This document shows positions 1 through 9,568 of a DNA stretch of 64,000 nucleotides, one piece after another. A model generated the notes under the pieces. The model ran no database searches. It was not told the origin of the DNA and saw only the letters and a program-made list of their open reading frames with translations. The stretch covers positions 1-64,000 of the IMG/VR virus record IMGVR_UViG_3300027759_000071, one strand, 5' to 3'. How positions within the stretch are numbered: position 1 is the first letter of the stretch; each line of letters opens with the position of its first letter. The position numbers and the translations under genes were made by a program. This DNA is from a virus.

Positions 1-303
1 AATAAAAAATACACAAATTTAGATGAAAAACAAAAGGGCTTGTTAAAAGAGTATATTAATAACATGTCTAATACATCTAAATTTAAAGATTATTTAGCAG
101 TAGAACTTCCACAAATTGTGAAAGAATTAAAAACAATTAAATCTAAAATATCAGATAAAGTAACTACAATCAAATTGTCAGAAACTATTTCTGTTTTAGA
201 AAAAATGAAAATTGGTAAAACTGTATCTGATAATAATGTTTCATCTATCATGCTTTCTTATGAGTTAATCAAAGAATTAAAATCAAAGGTAAATGTCAAA
301 TAG
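1..303 (+). CDS. 5'-truncated hypothetical protein of the head module
   Basis: Frame is open from base 1 (NKKYTNLDEKQKGLLKEYINN...), so the TTG at 40 is probably not the true start; overlaps the next ATG. Confidence 0.7.
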   Translation, partial: NKKYTNLDEKQKGLLKEYINNMSNTSKFKDYLAVELPQIVKELKTIKSKISDKVTTIKLSETISVLEKMKIGKTVSDNNVSSIMLSYELIKELKSKVNVK

Positions 304-880
304 ACTAAAAGAAATAATCAGAGGGATAGTTAAAGAAATCCAAGACGAAAAGGAATTGGAAGAAATGACTGGAACTGGTGCAGTTGCTGGATACGATACT
401 CCAAACGCATTTTCAAAACCTGGCCAAACTGCAAAGAAAAACAAAAGATTAGCTAACGTAACTGGTGGTGAGGTTGTTGATGATTTAGAAGAAGCAAAGG
501 ATTATTTGAAAAACGATGTTCCTGCTAATTCTAAAAAACCATTAGCAATAAAGCCAACGGCAATTAGTTCAGCTGATGCTGGTGGTATTGCTGATAAGAG
601 TGGTATGATATTAGCTAAAGAGGATGAGGAAGCTAGTTTAAATGAAAATCGTTGGTTAGAAATTAAAAACGGAGATGGTTCACCTAAAGCTAAAATGAGC
701 AGAGGTGTAACATCTATCAAACAACAATTGGGTGAAGTAGAGAAATTTGTTAACTGGTATTCTAAAATAAAAAATGAGAATGGGGTTAAAAGAGGAGATT
801 ATTATAAAAGAACAAATAAGAGTTTACATAAGATAAAAGAAAGGTTAATGAATCTTTCAGAAAAAATAAGAACTTTATAA
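293..880 (+). CDS. Hypothetical prohead/internal head protein
   Basis: Charged 195-aa ORF in a tightly packed operon before the protease; EMTGTGAVAGYDTPNAF motif and L-x-E/L-N-E sites typical of gp21-processed head proteins. Confidence 0.55.
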   Translation: MSNRLKEIIRGIVKEIQDEKELEEMTGTGAVAGYDTPNAFSKPGQTAKKNKRLANVTGGEVVDDLEEAKDYLKNDVPANSKKPLAIKPTAISSADAGGIADKSGMILAKEDEEASLNENRWLEIKNGDGSPKAKMSRGVTSIKQQLGEVEKFVNWYSKIKNENGVKRGDYYKRTNKSLHKIKERLMNLSEKIRTL

Positions 881-881
881 A

Positions 882-1556
882 ATGCCAGCAGTATCAAAAG
901 CACAACAACGATTTATGGGTATGGTTCATGCAGTACAAAATGGAGACATGGAAGCACCATCTAAAGAAGTTGAAAAAGCAGCTGATTCAATGAGTAAAAA
1001 AGATGCAAAAGATTACGCATCTACATCACATAAAGGTCTACCAAATAAAAAAGAAAATATGAACACATCAATTACAAAATCAAGACTAAAAGAATTAGTT
1101 AAGGAAGTAATGACAGAAGAAACCGAATATCAAGCGTTTTTTGCTAAAGCATTAGAAAAAGCTGGAAAATCTATTCCATCTATGAGTGATGAAGAAAAGA
1201 AAGCTTTTTTTAATAAGATTGATTCTGCTTGGAACGGTAAAGGTGATAAGAATGAAGCATTGGTTGGTGGACAAAAAGAATTAGATGTTGATAAGGATGG
1301 TGATATTGAAGGAGATGATTTAGCAGATTTAAGAGCATCAAAAAACGAAGCTAGAGATTCTAGCGGAAATGAATTTCCTGAACTTGAAGATGTTAAAACA
1401 GCTGTTAAAAAAATAATCCAAAATAATGATGTTGAAAAGCTTTTAAGAAATAAAGTTACTGCTTATCTACAAAAAGAAAAAGGATTTACTGGAGCTGGTA
1501 ATACAAATAGTAGTAGATTATACGATAAAGTAATAAATGATTTACTTAAACACTAA
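882..1556 (+). CDS. Internal head protein with DUF3008-like N-terminus and EF-hand-like loop
   Basis: MPAVSKAQQRFMGMVHA...ASTSHKGLP resembles DUF3008; LDVDKDGDIEGDDL is a DxDxDG loop. Confidence 0.6.
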   Translation: MPAVSKAQQRFMGMVHAVQNGDMEAPSKEVEKAADSMSKKDAKDYASTSHKGLPNKKENMNTSITKSRLKELVKEVMTEETEYQAFFAKALEKAGKSIPSMSDEEKKAFFNKIDSAWNGKGDKNEALVGGQKELDVDKDGDIEGDDLADLRASKNEARDSSGNEFPELEDVKTAVKKIIQNNDVEKLLRNKVTAYLQKEKGFTGAGNTNSSRLYDKVINDLLKH

Positions 1557-1570
1557 GAATTAAATTAAGA

Positions 1571-2167
1571 ATGAAGAATCTTTTAATAGAAACAAAATTA
1601 TTTGAAGGTAAAGTACAAGAAGACGAAGGTGGAAGAACCATTGTTAAAGGTATTCTACAAAGAGCTGGTGCTGAAAATCAAAACGGAAGAATCTATCCTA
1701 GAGAAATCCTAATGAGAGAAGCTAAAAAGTATGAGCAATTCATCAAAGAGCGTAGAGCATTGGGTGAATTAGACCATCCGGATTCTACTGTAATTAACTT
1801 AAAGAATGTTTCTCACAATATTAGAGAGATTCATTGGGACGGTGATGATTTATGTGGAACTGTTGAAGTTCTATCTACTCCATCTGGTAACATCTTAAAA
1901 GAATTATTAAAAGCTGGTATCCTATTAGGTATTTCATCAAGAGGTATGGGTTCTACTCGTAACTTATCTGGAAACAAAGTAGAGGTACAAGAAGATTTTG
2001 AATTGATTGGTTGGGATTTTGTATCTAACCCATCTACACATGGTGCATTTATGGTACCTGTAAACGAATCGGTTAATAGAGGTTTACAACAAATAGGAAC
2101 TGATGTTTGCGGAGACTTCTGTAAAGCACAAGACTTAATGAGAGAAATAATAACTGAAATAGCATAA
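1571..2167 (+). CDS. gp21: Prohead maturation protease (T4 gp21-like)
   Basis: NQNGRIYP, ALGELDHP (catalytic His), GISSRGMGS (catalytic Ser), DFVSNPS motifs; lies upstream of scaffold and capsid genes. Confidence 0.93.
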   Translation: MKNLLIETKLFEGKVQEDEGGRTIVKGILQRAGAENQNGRIYPREILMREAKKYEQFIKERRALGELDHPDSTVINLKNVSHNIREIHWDGDDLCGTVEVLSTPSGNILKELLKAGILLGISSRGMGSTRNLSGNKVEVQEDFELIGWDFVSNPSTHGAFMVPVNESVNRGLQQIGTDVCGDFCKAQDLMREIITEIA

Positions 2168-2169
2168 TA

Positions 2170-2715
2170 ATGGCAAAGAACTTTGATATATACGATTTCG
2201 TACACAACAATAAGATAACCTTAAAAGTTGATGGCAATAAAGGAACTACTGTAGCGAAAGCATACAATGATATCCGTAAAACTAACTTGAAAGAAGTAAA
2301 GATAGTTAATGGTAAATTCAGTTTAGCTGAAAACTTAGAAGATAGAAAATTATCAAATGAAGTTAAAAAACACTTCTTAGAGATTATTTCTACTTACAAT
2401 ACTTTCCAAGACCAAATGAGAAGACAATCTGATTTGACTGAAGTTGCAAATACTTTAGGTGCTATCGTTGAGGCTGCAAAAGAAATGACATTAAGAGAAA
2501 GCGGTGATTGGTTTGATGCAGTGACTGTAAAAAGAAATATGACTGAATTAGATAAGTTAGGTAAATCGTTTGATAAGTTTGCTGTTGAAGCAAACTCAAT
2601 GGATGAAAGATTACATTCTTTATATGAAGATATGGGTCACATCTTAAATCGTTACTATGAAATCGCTGATATCTCTGTAGATACAATGAAAGAAAGATTA
2701 GGTAAAAAGAAATAA
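2170..2715 (+). CDS. Hypothetical head-module protein (helical)
   Basis: 181-aa ORF spaced 2 nt from both neighbours; no recognisable motif. Confidence 0.55.
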   Translation: MAKNFDIYDFVHNNKITLKVDGNKGTTVAKAYNDIRKTNLKEVKIVNGKFSLAENLEDRKLSNEVKKHFLEIISTYNTFQDQMRRQSDLTEVANTLGAIVEAAKEMTLRESGDWFDAVTVKRNMTELDKLGKSFDKFAVEANSMDERLHSLYEDMGHILNRYYEIADISVDTMKERLGKKK

Positions 2716-2717
2716 TT

Positions 2718-3551
2718 ATGATTCGTTTAGGTGGTTTAATATCGCAAAAAGCATTTGGTAAATTTGAAATGGGTAAAGTAATTTCAAATCCATTTGCAAC
2801 GGCATTCATTAAAGAAGGTGAAGGTGAAGACCATGAAGTTTCTATGGCAAACAATTCATTGGATACCATTATTAAAATGGCAACTGAATTGAAAGCTAAA
2901 ATGGGAGAAAACGAAAAGGATATTCCTGCTTGGATTCAAGACCATATTACTAACGCAGCTAATTTTATTTCACAAGCATCAACTAACTATCACGAATACG
3001 GAACAAACGAATCGGTAAATGAAGGAGCTGGTAGAGAAGCAATGGGAATTGCTAAATTTACTGGTACTCGTGCAATTGCAGTACAAAAATTTATAGATGA
3101 TTTTAATTTGAACGCTAAAAAGCTTTTTAACTTTATAGCTAAAGGAAAATTAAAAGATAGAATGGACTTTGCAACAGCAATAAGTGGAACACGTGGTAAC
3201 AAATATCAAGGTAATTTTGTAGGTATGTTCGGAGAAGGTACACTAAACGAAGATTCTGAAACAAAGAGATTGGAAATGCTAATTAAAAACTTGGAAGAAA
3301 CAAATAAACTATTAGTACAACAACTTAAAGATAATAAAAGTTTAGCAAATAATAAAAAAGAAAATATTAAAAAATCAATAGTACTAAACTTAGATTTAAT
3401 TAACTATTATAAAAAATGGTTAAAGGATTATCAATCAGCTGCAAACGAATCATTAGTAAACGAAGACGGCCCTTGTTGGAAAGGATATAAGCAAGTTGGT
3501 ATGAAAGATAAGGGTGGCAAGCAAGTTCCTAATTGTGTTCCAAATAAATAA
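2718..3551 (+). CDS. Mosaic internal head protein
   Basis: Short modules separated by SVNE/TLNE/LVNE sites; ends in PCWKGYKQVGMKDKGGKQVPNCVP, a motif I recognise from T4-like phage head-region proteins. Confidence 0.55.
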   Translation: MIRLGGLISQKAFGKFEMGKVISNPFATAFIKEGEGEDHEVSMANNSLDTIIKMATELKAKMGENEKDIPAWIQDHITNAANFISQASTNYHEYGTNESVNEGAGREAMGIAKFTGTRAIAVQKFIDDFNLNAKKLFNFIAKGKLKDRMDFATAISGTRGNKYQGNFVGMFGEGTLNEDSETKRLEMLIKNLEETNKLLVQQLKDNKSLANNKKENIKKSIVLNLDLINYYKKWLKDYQSAANESLVNEDGPCWKGYKQVGMKDKGGKQVPNCVPNK

Positions 3552-3750
3552 ATTCTAAAGAAAAGTATAGTTTTTTTACGTTTTGTAAAATTTTATATAT
3601 TTATTCTTAATAATAACCTATTAATTTAGGTTTTTCTATTGGTAAATGAATACTCTCGTTCTATGAGAAGTGACCAAAACGCCAATCAAAAACATACATT
3701 GAAGTCCACAAATTTAATGACTTCAGAAATCCGATAAATAAGGAAAACAA

Positions 3751-4869
3751 ATGGCAAGTTCAAAATTGTTGAAAGAAGCAATTGCTGATGCTAAAGCTGT
3801 ACGTGAAACTGCTATCGCTAATGCTAAAATCGCACTAGAAGAAGCATTTACTCCTCGTTTACAATCTATCTTATCTCAAAAATTACAAGCCGAAATGGAA
3901 GGTGATGAAGAAGATACGGAAGATGCAGTAAATGAAGATAATGATACTTCAAGTGAAATAGCTAAAGGTGATAACAAACAACCTGCAGATAAAGCAAATT
4001 CAGCACAAACTGACCTAAGTGGAATCTCTAAACAATCTGGTGAGCCAGGTAGCGAAGGTGAAGAAACTAAAGTTAAAGACCTTACTGAAGGCGAAGATGA
4101 GTTTGGTGCAGAAGAAGAAATTCCTGCAGAAGAACCAGCAGCTATGGAAGGTGAAGACATGGCTCCAGAAATGGACATGGATGCAGATGACGAAGATGAG
4201 TTAGATTTAGAATCTATCATCAGAGAGTTAGAAGCACAAATCGCAGGTGAAGAAAGTGAGGAAGAAATTCCTGCTGAAGCACCAGCTATGGAAGGTGAAG
4301 AAGCGCCGGTTGAAGAACCAGTAGCAGCTGAACCAACTGAAGCACCAGCAGTAGAGGGTGAAGACCCAGCTATGGCTGATGATGAAATTGACTTAGACGA
4401 GATTCTAAGAGAAATGGGATACGGAGAAGATGAAGCTGAAGAAGAAAAAGCTGACGATGCAACTGAAACTCAGGCTAAAATGGAATCATTACAGTCTGAA
4501 TTAGAAGAAGCATTAGCAGTAATTAAATCTTTAAAAGGAACAATCAACGAAGTAAACCTTTTAAACGCTAAATTACTTTACACAAACAAATTGTTCAGAA
4601 GTTATAACCTAACTAACGAACAAAAAGTTAAAGTTGTAGAAAATTTAGACAGAACTTCTAACGTAAGAGAAGTTAAATTAGTTTACGCAACACTTTCTGA
4701 ATCAATGAAATTCACAGGAACTGAAAGAAAAGTAGCTCAAGTTAAAAAGAACATTACCGAAGGTATTGCTTCTAAGGCTCAAGCTTCAACAGCTCCTAAA
4801 AAAGAAATTATTTCTGAAAGTAATGAATTAGCAAATCGCTTTAAGCAATTAGCTGGTATCATAAAATAA
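3751..4869 (+). CDS. gp22: Prohead core/scaffolding protein (T4 gp22 position)
   Basis: Very acidic centre, coiled-coil ends, C-terminal RFKQLAGIIK; immediately upstream of the major capsid gene. Confidence 0.75.
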   Translation: MASSKLLKEAIADAKAVRETAIANAKIALEEAFTPRLQSILSQKLQAEMEGDEEDTEDAVNEDNDTSSEIAKGDNKQPADKANSAQTDLSGISKQSGEPGSEGEETKVKDLTEGEDEFGAEEEIPAEEPAAMEGEDMAPEMDMDADDEDELDLESIIRELEAQIAGEESEEEIPAEAPAMEGEEAPVEEPVAAEPTEAPAVEGEDPAMADDEIDLDEILREMGYGEDEAEEEKADDATETQAKMESLQSELEEALAVIKSLKGTINEVNLLNAKLLYTNKLFRSYNLTNEQKVKVVENLDRTSNVREVKLVYATLSESMKFTGTERKVAQVKKNITEGIASKAQASTAPKKEIISESNELANRFKQLAGIIK

Positions 4870-4893
4870 TAATCCATAAAAAAATAAATAAAA

Positions 4894-6549
4894 ATGGCAA
4901 ATTTTGATTTAAGCAAACTTATGGAAGGCAAGAACCCACAAGCGGTAATGTTGGCTGAAACACGTCAATTGAAAAGCAAATGGGAGAAAACAGGTCTTCT
5001 TGAAGGTATGAAAGATAGAGACCAACACTCTATGGCAGTTCTATTAGAGAACCAAGCTAAACAATTGTTGGATGAGGCAACTCAAACAGGTACATCATCA
5101 GGATCAGAAGAATGGTCTGGTGTTGCTTTACCTTTAGTAAGAAGAATCTTCGGAGAAATCGCATCTAAGGAATTCGTTAGTGTTCAACCAATGAACCTTC
5201 CTTCAGGTCTTATTTTCTTCTTAGACTTCAAATATGGTTCTTCTCAAGGTGCACAAGGACAATTCGCTGGTAAATCACTTTTTGGTGGTACTAACGTAAC
5301 TGGTTCAGCAGCTAACTTCGGTAGAACTGACGCAGCAATAGGTGGTTTATATGGTGAAGGACGTTATGGCTATTCAGTAAATGATGCAGTTTCTGCAGCA
5401 GCAACTGGTAAAGCAAATGCAACAGTAGCTAACACATTCTCATCAGCATCTGCAACATGGTCTGATGTTGGATTTGATGCATCTTTATCTGCATCTGTAG
5501 CAGCTGGTGACATTGTTAAATTAACAATTGCAAAAGCTAGTATTTCTACTACTGCTGACACTGAAGCAGTTCGTTCATTCGCTGTAAACAACGCAGCTGT
5601 TGCTTCTCAAATTGGTCAATTCAACTATGTATCTGGTACAAATGTTGTATTGTTCGTTTCTGCATCTGATATAACTGATTTCTATACGACTGGTGGTGAG
5701 ACTATCACTGTAACTTATTCTGAAGTTCCTGTAGCTTACGATAGAGGTGATTTCGAAGATTCAACTGCAAACTCTGCTGGTAACACAACAACTGCATTGG
5801 ATATTCCTGAAATCGATCTTGAATTAAAATCAGAGGCTATCGTTGCTAAGACTCGTAAGTTGAAAGCAGTATGGACTCCTGAATTAGCACAAGATTTGAA
5901 TGCATATCATTCAATCGATGCTGAAGCTGAATTAACTTCTATGTTATCTGATTATATCTCTTTAGAGATTGATTTAGAAATCTTAGATATGTTAAAATCA
6001 AACGCTTTGACTACTGAATACTGGTCTACAACTGTAGGTGAGGAATATGTACAAGGTGCTTGGTCTAATATCGGTGGTTCTTCAAATGCATACACAAAGA
6101 ATGCATGGTTTCAAACTTTAGGTGTTAAATTGAACAAAGTATCTAACAAGATTCATCAATTAACATTAAGAGGTGGTGCTAACTTTATCGTTGCTTCTCC
6201 TGATGTTTGTACTGTTTTAGAATCAATTCCTGGATTCGTTGTAAATGCAGATAAAGATGCAATGCAGTTCGCTGCTGGTGTTACTGCAGTTGGTTCTATG
6301 AGTAATAGATACACAGTTTACAAAAACCCTTACATGACTTCTAACGAAATCTTGATGGGTTATAGAGGTAACAACTTCTTAGAGACTGGTGCTGTTTACG
6401 CTCCATATGTACCATTGATTATGACTCCATTAGTGTATGACCCTCAAAACTTCACACCAAGACGTGGAGTTATGACTAGATACGCTAAGAAGATGGTCCG
6501 CCCTGAGTACTACGGGAAGATTTATGTTAAAGATTTAGCTTCTATCTAA
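4894..6549 (+). CDS. gp23: Major capsid protein (T4 gp23-like)
   Basis: LLENQ, LPLVRR, VSVQPMNLPSGLIFFLD, AKTRKLKAVWTPELAQDLNAYHSIDAEAEL, YAPYVPL, FTPRRGVMTRYA motifs. Confidence 0.97.
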   Translation: MANFDLSKLMEGKNPQAVMLAETRQLKSKWEKTGLLEGMKDRDQHSMAVLLENQAKQLLDEATQTGTSSGSEEWSGVALPLVRRIFGEIASKEFVSVQPMNLPSGLIFFLDFKYGSSQGAQGQFAGKSLFGGTNVTGSAANFGRTDAAIGGLYGEGRYGYSVNDAVSAAATGKANATVANTFSSASATWSDVGFDASLSASVAAGDIVKLTIAKASISTTADTEAVRSFAVNNAAVASQIGQFNYVSGTNVVLFVSASDITDFYTTGGETITVTYSEVPVAYDRGDFEDSTANSAGNTTTALDIPEIDLELKSEAIVAKTRKLKAVWTPELAQDLNAYHSIDAEAELTSMLSDYISLEIDLEILDMLKSNALTTEYWSTTVGEEYVQGAWSNIGGSSNAYTKNAWFQTLGVKLNKVSNKIHQLTLRGGANFIVASPDVCTVLESIPGFVVNADKDAMQFAAGVTAVGSMSNRYTVYKNPYMTSNEILMGYRGNNFLETGAVYAPYVPLIMTPLVYDPQNFTPRRGVMTRYAKKMVRPEYYGKIYVKDLASI

Positions 6550-6613
6550 GGATAAAAGTTAGGTTTATAACTAGATTTTTAAGTAATAATCTTAGATATA
6601 GTCTAATAAAATT

Positions 6614-6639
6614 GGGAAGAAGAAATTCTTCCCTTTTTT
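6614..6639 (+). terminator. Intrinsic terminator after the capsid gene
   Basis: GGGAAGAA-GAAA-TTCTTCCC stem with GNRA loop followed by T6. Confidence 0.85.
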
Positions 6640-6662
6640 ATGCTCTTTTGGTAGAATTCTGT

Positions 6663-6671
6663 ATATTTATA
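6663..6671 (+). promoter_or_regulatory. Putative late promoter motif ATATTTATA
   Basis: Same 9-mer recurs 15-40 nt upstream of nine gene starts in the window. Confidence 0.6.
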
Positions 6672-6688
6672 TAAAACAATAGAATATT

Positions 6689-7252
6689 ATGGATGTTATT
6701 TACAAAATTAGTTCACCAAAAGGAAAAGTTTACATTGGTAGAACAAACAACTTTGATGGTAGGATGGCCGAACACAAATGTAATGCTCTAACAAAGAAAT
6801 CAAAAAACTCATTACATAAAGCCATTAGAAAGTATGGGTGGGATAATATGACAAAAGAAATTTTAGTTGAGATAGACCCATCACAAGCTCAAAAAATAGA
6901 AGAAGAATTCATACTAGCTTATGATTCAGTAAAGAGAGGATACAACGATACCTATAATGGTGGGGGTGGTAGTAGATGGGAAGGTAGGTATGATACAAAA
7001 GAGTATGCAGAATTTGTTGAAAAAATGAAAGTAATCAATGGTGGTGCTAATAATGGTATGTTCGGCAAATCGCATAAAGATTCTACAATGGATGCTATGA
7101 AAGCTAAAGCCAAAGGCCGTTTCACATTAGATTGGTATAGGGAAAGAAATGGTGATGTAGAAGGTGAGAGATTATATGAGGAGAGGAGAGTATGGTTAAA
7201 GAGTAGAAATTTGAAGAAAGATGAGAATGGTAGATTTTTAAAAGCAAAGTAA
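6689..7252 (+). mobile_element. Free-standing GIY-YIG homing endonuclease (Seg-like) with NUMOD3-like motif
   Basis: VIYKI...VYIGRT, conserved Arg (DGRMAEH), Glu (IEEEFI), GYN; NGMFGKSHKDST is NUMOD3-like; has its own promoter motif. Confidence 0.88.
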
Positions 7253-7271
7253 AGGTTTCCTAAACATTCTT

Positions 7272-7280
7272 ATATTTATA
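7272..7280 (+). promoter_or_regulatory. Putative late promoter motif ATATTTATA
   Basis: Recurrent motif, 23 nt before ATG 7304. Confidence 0.6.
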
Positions 7281-7303
7281 GGTAGAAAACAAATTAAAAT
7301 AAA

Positions 7304-7852
7304 ATGGGACAAATAAAAGGAAATCCAACACCATCGTATCAAGATCAGGCATACGAAACATTAAGACCAAATGATAGAACTAATAGAAATTTAGGTACAT
7401 CACCTGTAATGATTAATCATAATACAACATTAACTGCAGTAATTGATTCAACCTTTGCAACTGATGCAGATGTAGAAGCATCTGCCCCAATAATGAAAGG
7501 TAAAACGGATTTAAGTTCAGCTACTGGAACTGTAACTTATGATTGTTCAAATGGAAAAAGAGTATTCTCACATTTTGGAGTGAATGCATCGGCAAATTGG
7601 ATAGCAGACTTTACTAATTTACCAATGAGTAATAATGAAGCACATTATATAACTGTAATATCTTCTAATGGAAGTTCAAATGCAAATACATATTTTATAA
7701 ATGGAATAAAAATTGATGGTGTAAATGCAATATGGACTGCAAGTTGGAGTAGTGGTGCAAAAAACACATATTACATCTATAAGTTTGTAATTGTAAATAC
7801 TGTATCTGGTCCTGTGGTTTATGGAGATAGAGTAACAACTATACCACAATAA
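7304..7852 (+). CDS. Putative virion structural/decoration protein
   Basis: Beta-rich, Ser/Thr/Asn-rich; its TYDCSNG...FTNLP segment loosely resembles the C-terminal domain of the 4164-aa fibre. Confidence 0.5.
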   Translation: MGQIKGNPTPSYQDQAYETLRPNDRTNRNLGTSPVMINHNTTLTAVIDSTFATDADVEASAPIMKGKTDLSSATGTVTYDCSNGKRVFSHFGVNASANWIADFTNLPMSNNEAHYITVISSNGSSNANTYFINGIKIDGVNAIWTASWSSGAKNTYYIYKFVIVNTVSGPVVYGDRVTTIPQ

Positions 7853-7869
7853 AAATCAAATATATACAT

Positions 7870-7934
7870 AAAAGGAGATACTAAAACTATCTCCTTTTTT
7901 ATTTTTACTCCTTTTCAACATTTTAATATTTATA
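7870..7934 (+). terminator. Terminator hairpin plus promoter unit, copy 1
   Basis: AAAAGGAGATA-ctaaaac-TATCTCCTTTT with T-tract, then ATATTTATA at 7926-7934. Confidence 0.8.
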
Positions 7935-7969
7935 GGTGTTATATTCTATAATGAATTAATTAAATAAAA

Positions 7970-9007
7970 ATGAGCAAGCAACCAAAGCATCAAATACTTC
8001 AACCAAAAAATGTAGAACAATATTGTAGTTATACAAAAGTTGGAAGCAAAGTATATGGTAACACTATCGAATCTGCTTCATTGGAGATGGAAACTTATGT
8101 AAGTGCTTCTTTTGATTCAGTAAGTGCAAGTTTTATTTCTAACATTAGGGTTCGTAATTCAAATTCATTAAAGCAACAATTAAAAGCAGCAAGTTCATCT
8201 TCATTAGATATAGCAGAAATTATAGGATTGTATGATATAAGATTGAATCCAGATTTATATAAAAAATATCAATTAAATTACGCATTATCAACTGGTTCAA
8301 CTTTTAACGAAGCAGTAATGTGGGCAGATAGAAACTTACATTGTATAGAACCAGCAGCAAGTGGTGACCTTACATTAGTATTTTCAAGCTTTACAACGGT
8401 TGATTTACTTTTAACAAATGGATTTGATAGTCTTAGTGATTGGAATACTGCATTAATACAAACCGGTAATCCTTATACATCAATTAGTGTAGATGAAGAA
8501 ACATATACAATATATTTAAGTGGTGGTTCTAATGTAGTATTAAAAAATTATGCATTTGTTGGTTATATTGAAGCTCCTAATGGGCTTGGACATGACCTTT
8601 TAGAAATTCAAGATAATGGAACAATTTCAGAAGTTGGATATGGTGGATTCCAAGGTTGTGATAATCTTACTACGGTTGAATTATTAGGAGCAACAACAAT
8701 TGCGGATAATTCATTCTCAGCTGATTCTAAATTACAATATGTGTATTTACCAAATGTAACATCGGTTGGGGCTAGTGGATTTTATTCTGCTTTTAACGCA
8801 GCAACTTTACCAATAACATTATATTTACCTCTTTGTACTTCGTTAGGAGTAGCCGCACTTAGTGGACCAATTAATATTGATACACCAAACGGATTGATAG
8901 CAACATTCCCTATTGTAATGCAAACCAATGGTGGAGGTGGAGGTGTTAATGATGAAATCCAACAATTAATCGCATATAGTGATGGGGCAGTAATAAATTA
9001 TGTTTAA
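7970..9007 (+). CDS. Protein with BspA-type leucine-rich repeats
   Basis: GGFQGCDNLTTVELLGATTIADNSFSADSKLQYVYLPNVTSVGASGF fits the LRR_5 pattern. Confidence 0.65.
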   Translation: MSKQPKHQILQPKNVEQYCSYTKVGSKVYGNTIESASLEMETYVSASFDSVSASFISNIRVRNSNSLKQQLKAASSSSLDIAEIIGLYDIRLNPDLYKKYQLNYALSTGSTFNEAVMWADRNLHCIEPAASGDLTLVFSSFTTVDLLLTNGFDSLSDWNTALIQTGNPYTSISVDEETYTIYLSGGSNVVLKNYAFVGYIEAPNGLGHDLLEIQDNGTISEVGYGGFQGCDNLTTVELLGATTIADNSFSADSKLQYVYLPNVTSVGASGFYSAFNAATLPITLYLPLCTSLGVAALSGPINIDTPNGLIATFPIVMQTNGGGGGVNDEIQQLIAYSDGAVINYV

Positions 9008-9470
9008 TTTAGATGATTACTTATATAGAGATGTAATATCGGTAGAAGAAGAAATTGAATTAAATCAAAATATACCAAATCTTACTAGAAAATATAGTAG
9101 GAAGATATTACGATATGGTATTTCAAAATACAATAATAATTTAATATCTTTAGAAGTACCGCAATATCTTTTAGATTTATCAGACAAACTTACTGAATTG
9201 GGCATACTTAAATTCGTACCCAAAGATTATACAATTAACATTTACAAACCAAATGATTTCATAGATTATCATATTGATTTAGGGGATGATGATACATTAA
9301 TACTTAGTATTCTAACTCCAATCAATTTTAATTTAAAAAAAGGAGATGAGATGGTATCCTTTGAATTCCCACAAAGGTCAGCACTTTTATTAACTGGAGA
9401 GTATAGAACCGATTGGGAACATTCAATAGAGCGTGTTACAGATAGGAGAATATCTGTGGTGTTTAGATAA
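9000..9470 (+). CDS. AlkB-like 2OG-Fe(II) oxygenase
   Basis: TINIY...IDYHID (HxD), FPQRSALLLTGEYRTDWEHSI (distal His), RRISVVFR (RxxxxxR). Confidence 0.85.
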   Translation: MFNLDDYLYRDVISVEEEIELNQNIPNLTRKYSRKILRYGISKYNNNLISLEVPQYLLDLSDKLTELGILKFVPKDYTINIYKPNDFIDYHIDLGDDDTLILSILTPINFNLKKGDEMVSFEFPQRSALLLTGEYRTDWEHSIERVTDRRISVVFR

Positions 9471-9480
9471 AAATACAACT

Positions 9481-9545
9481 AAAAGGAGATACTAACACTA
9501 TCTCCTTTTTTATTTTTACCCCTTTCCAACTATTTTATATTTATA
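9481..9545 (+). terminator. Terminator hairpin plus promoter unit, copy 2
   Basis: AAAAGGAGATA-ctaacac-TATCTCCTTTT with T-tract, then ATATTTATA at 9537-9545; near-copy of 7870-7934. Confidence 0.8.
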
Positions 9546-9568
9546 GTAGTATAAAACTAAATTTTCTT

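Noticed and set aside
502-5591. Short minus-strand ORFs over the head genes
   Set aside because: Fully overlap well-supported plus-strand genes and have no motifs.
6550-7303. Group I intron interrupting the capsid gene
   Set aside because: The capsid ORF ends with a normal C-terminus and terminator, and the endonuclease has its own promoter motif; no intron core is evident.
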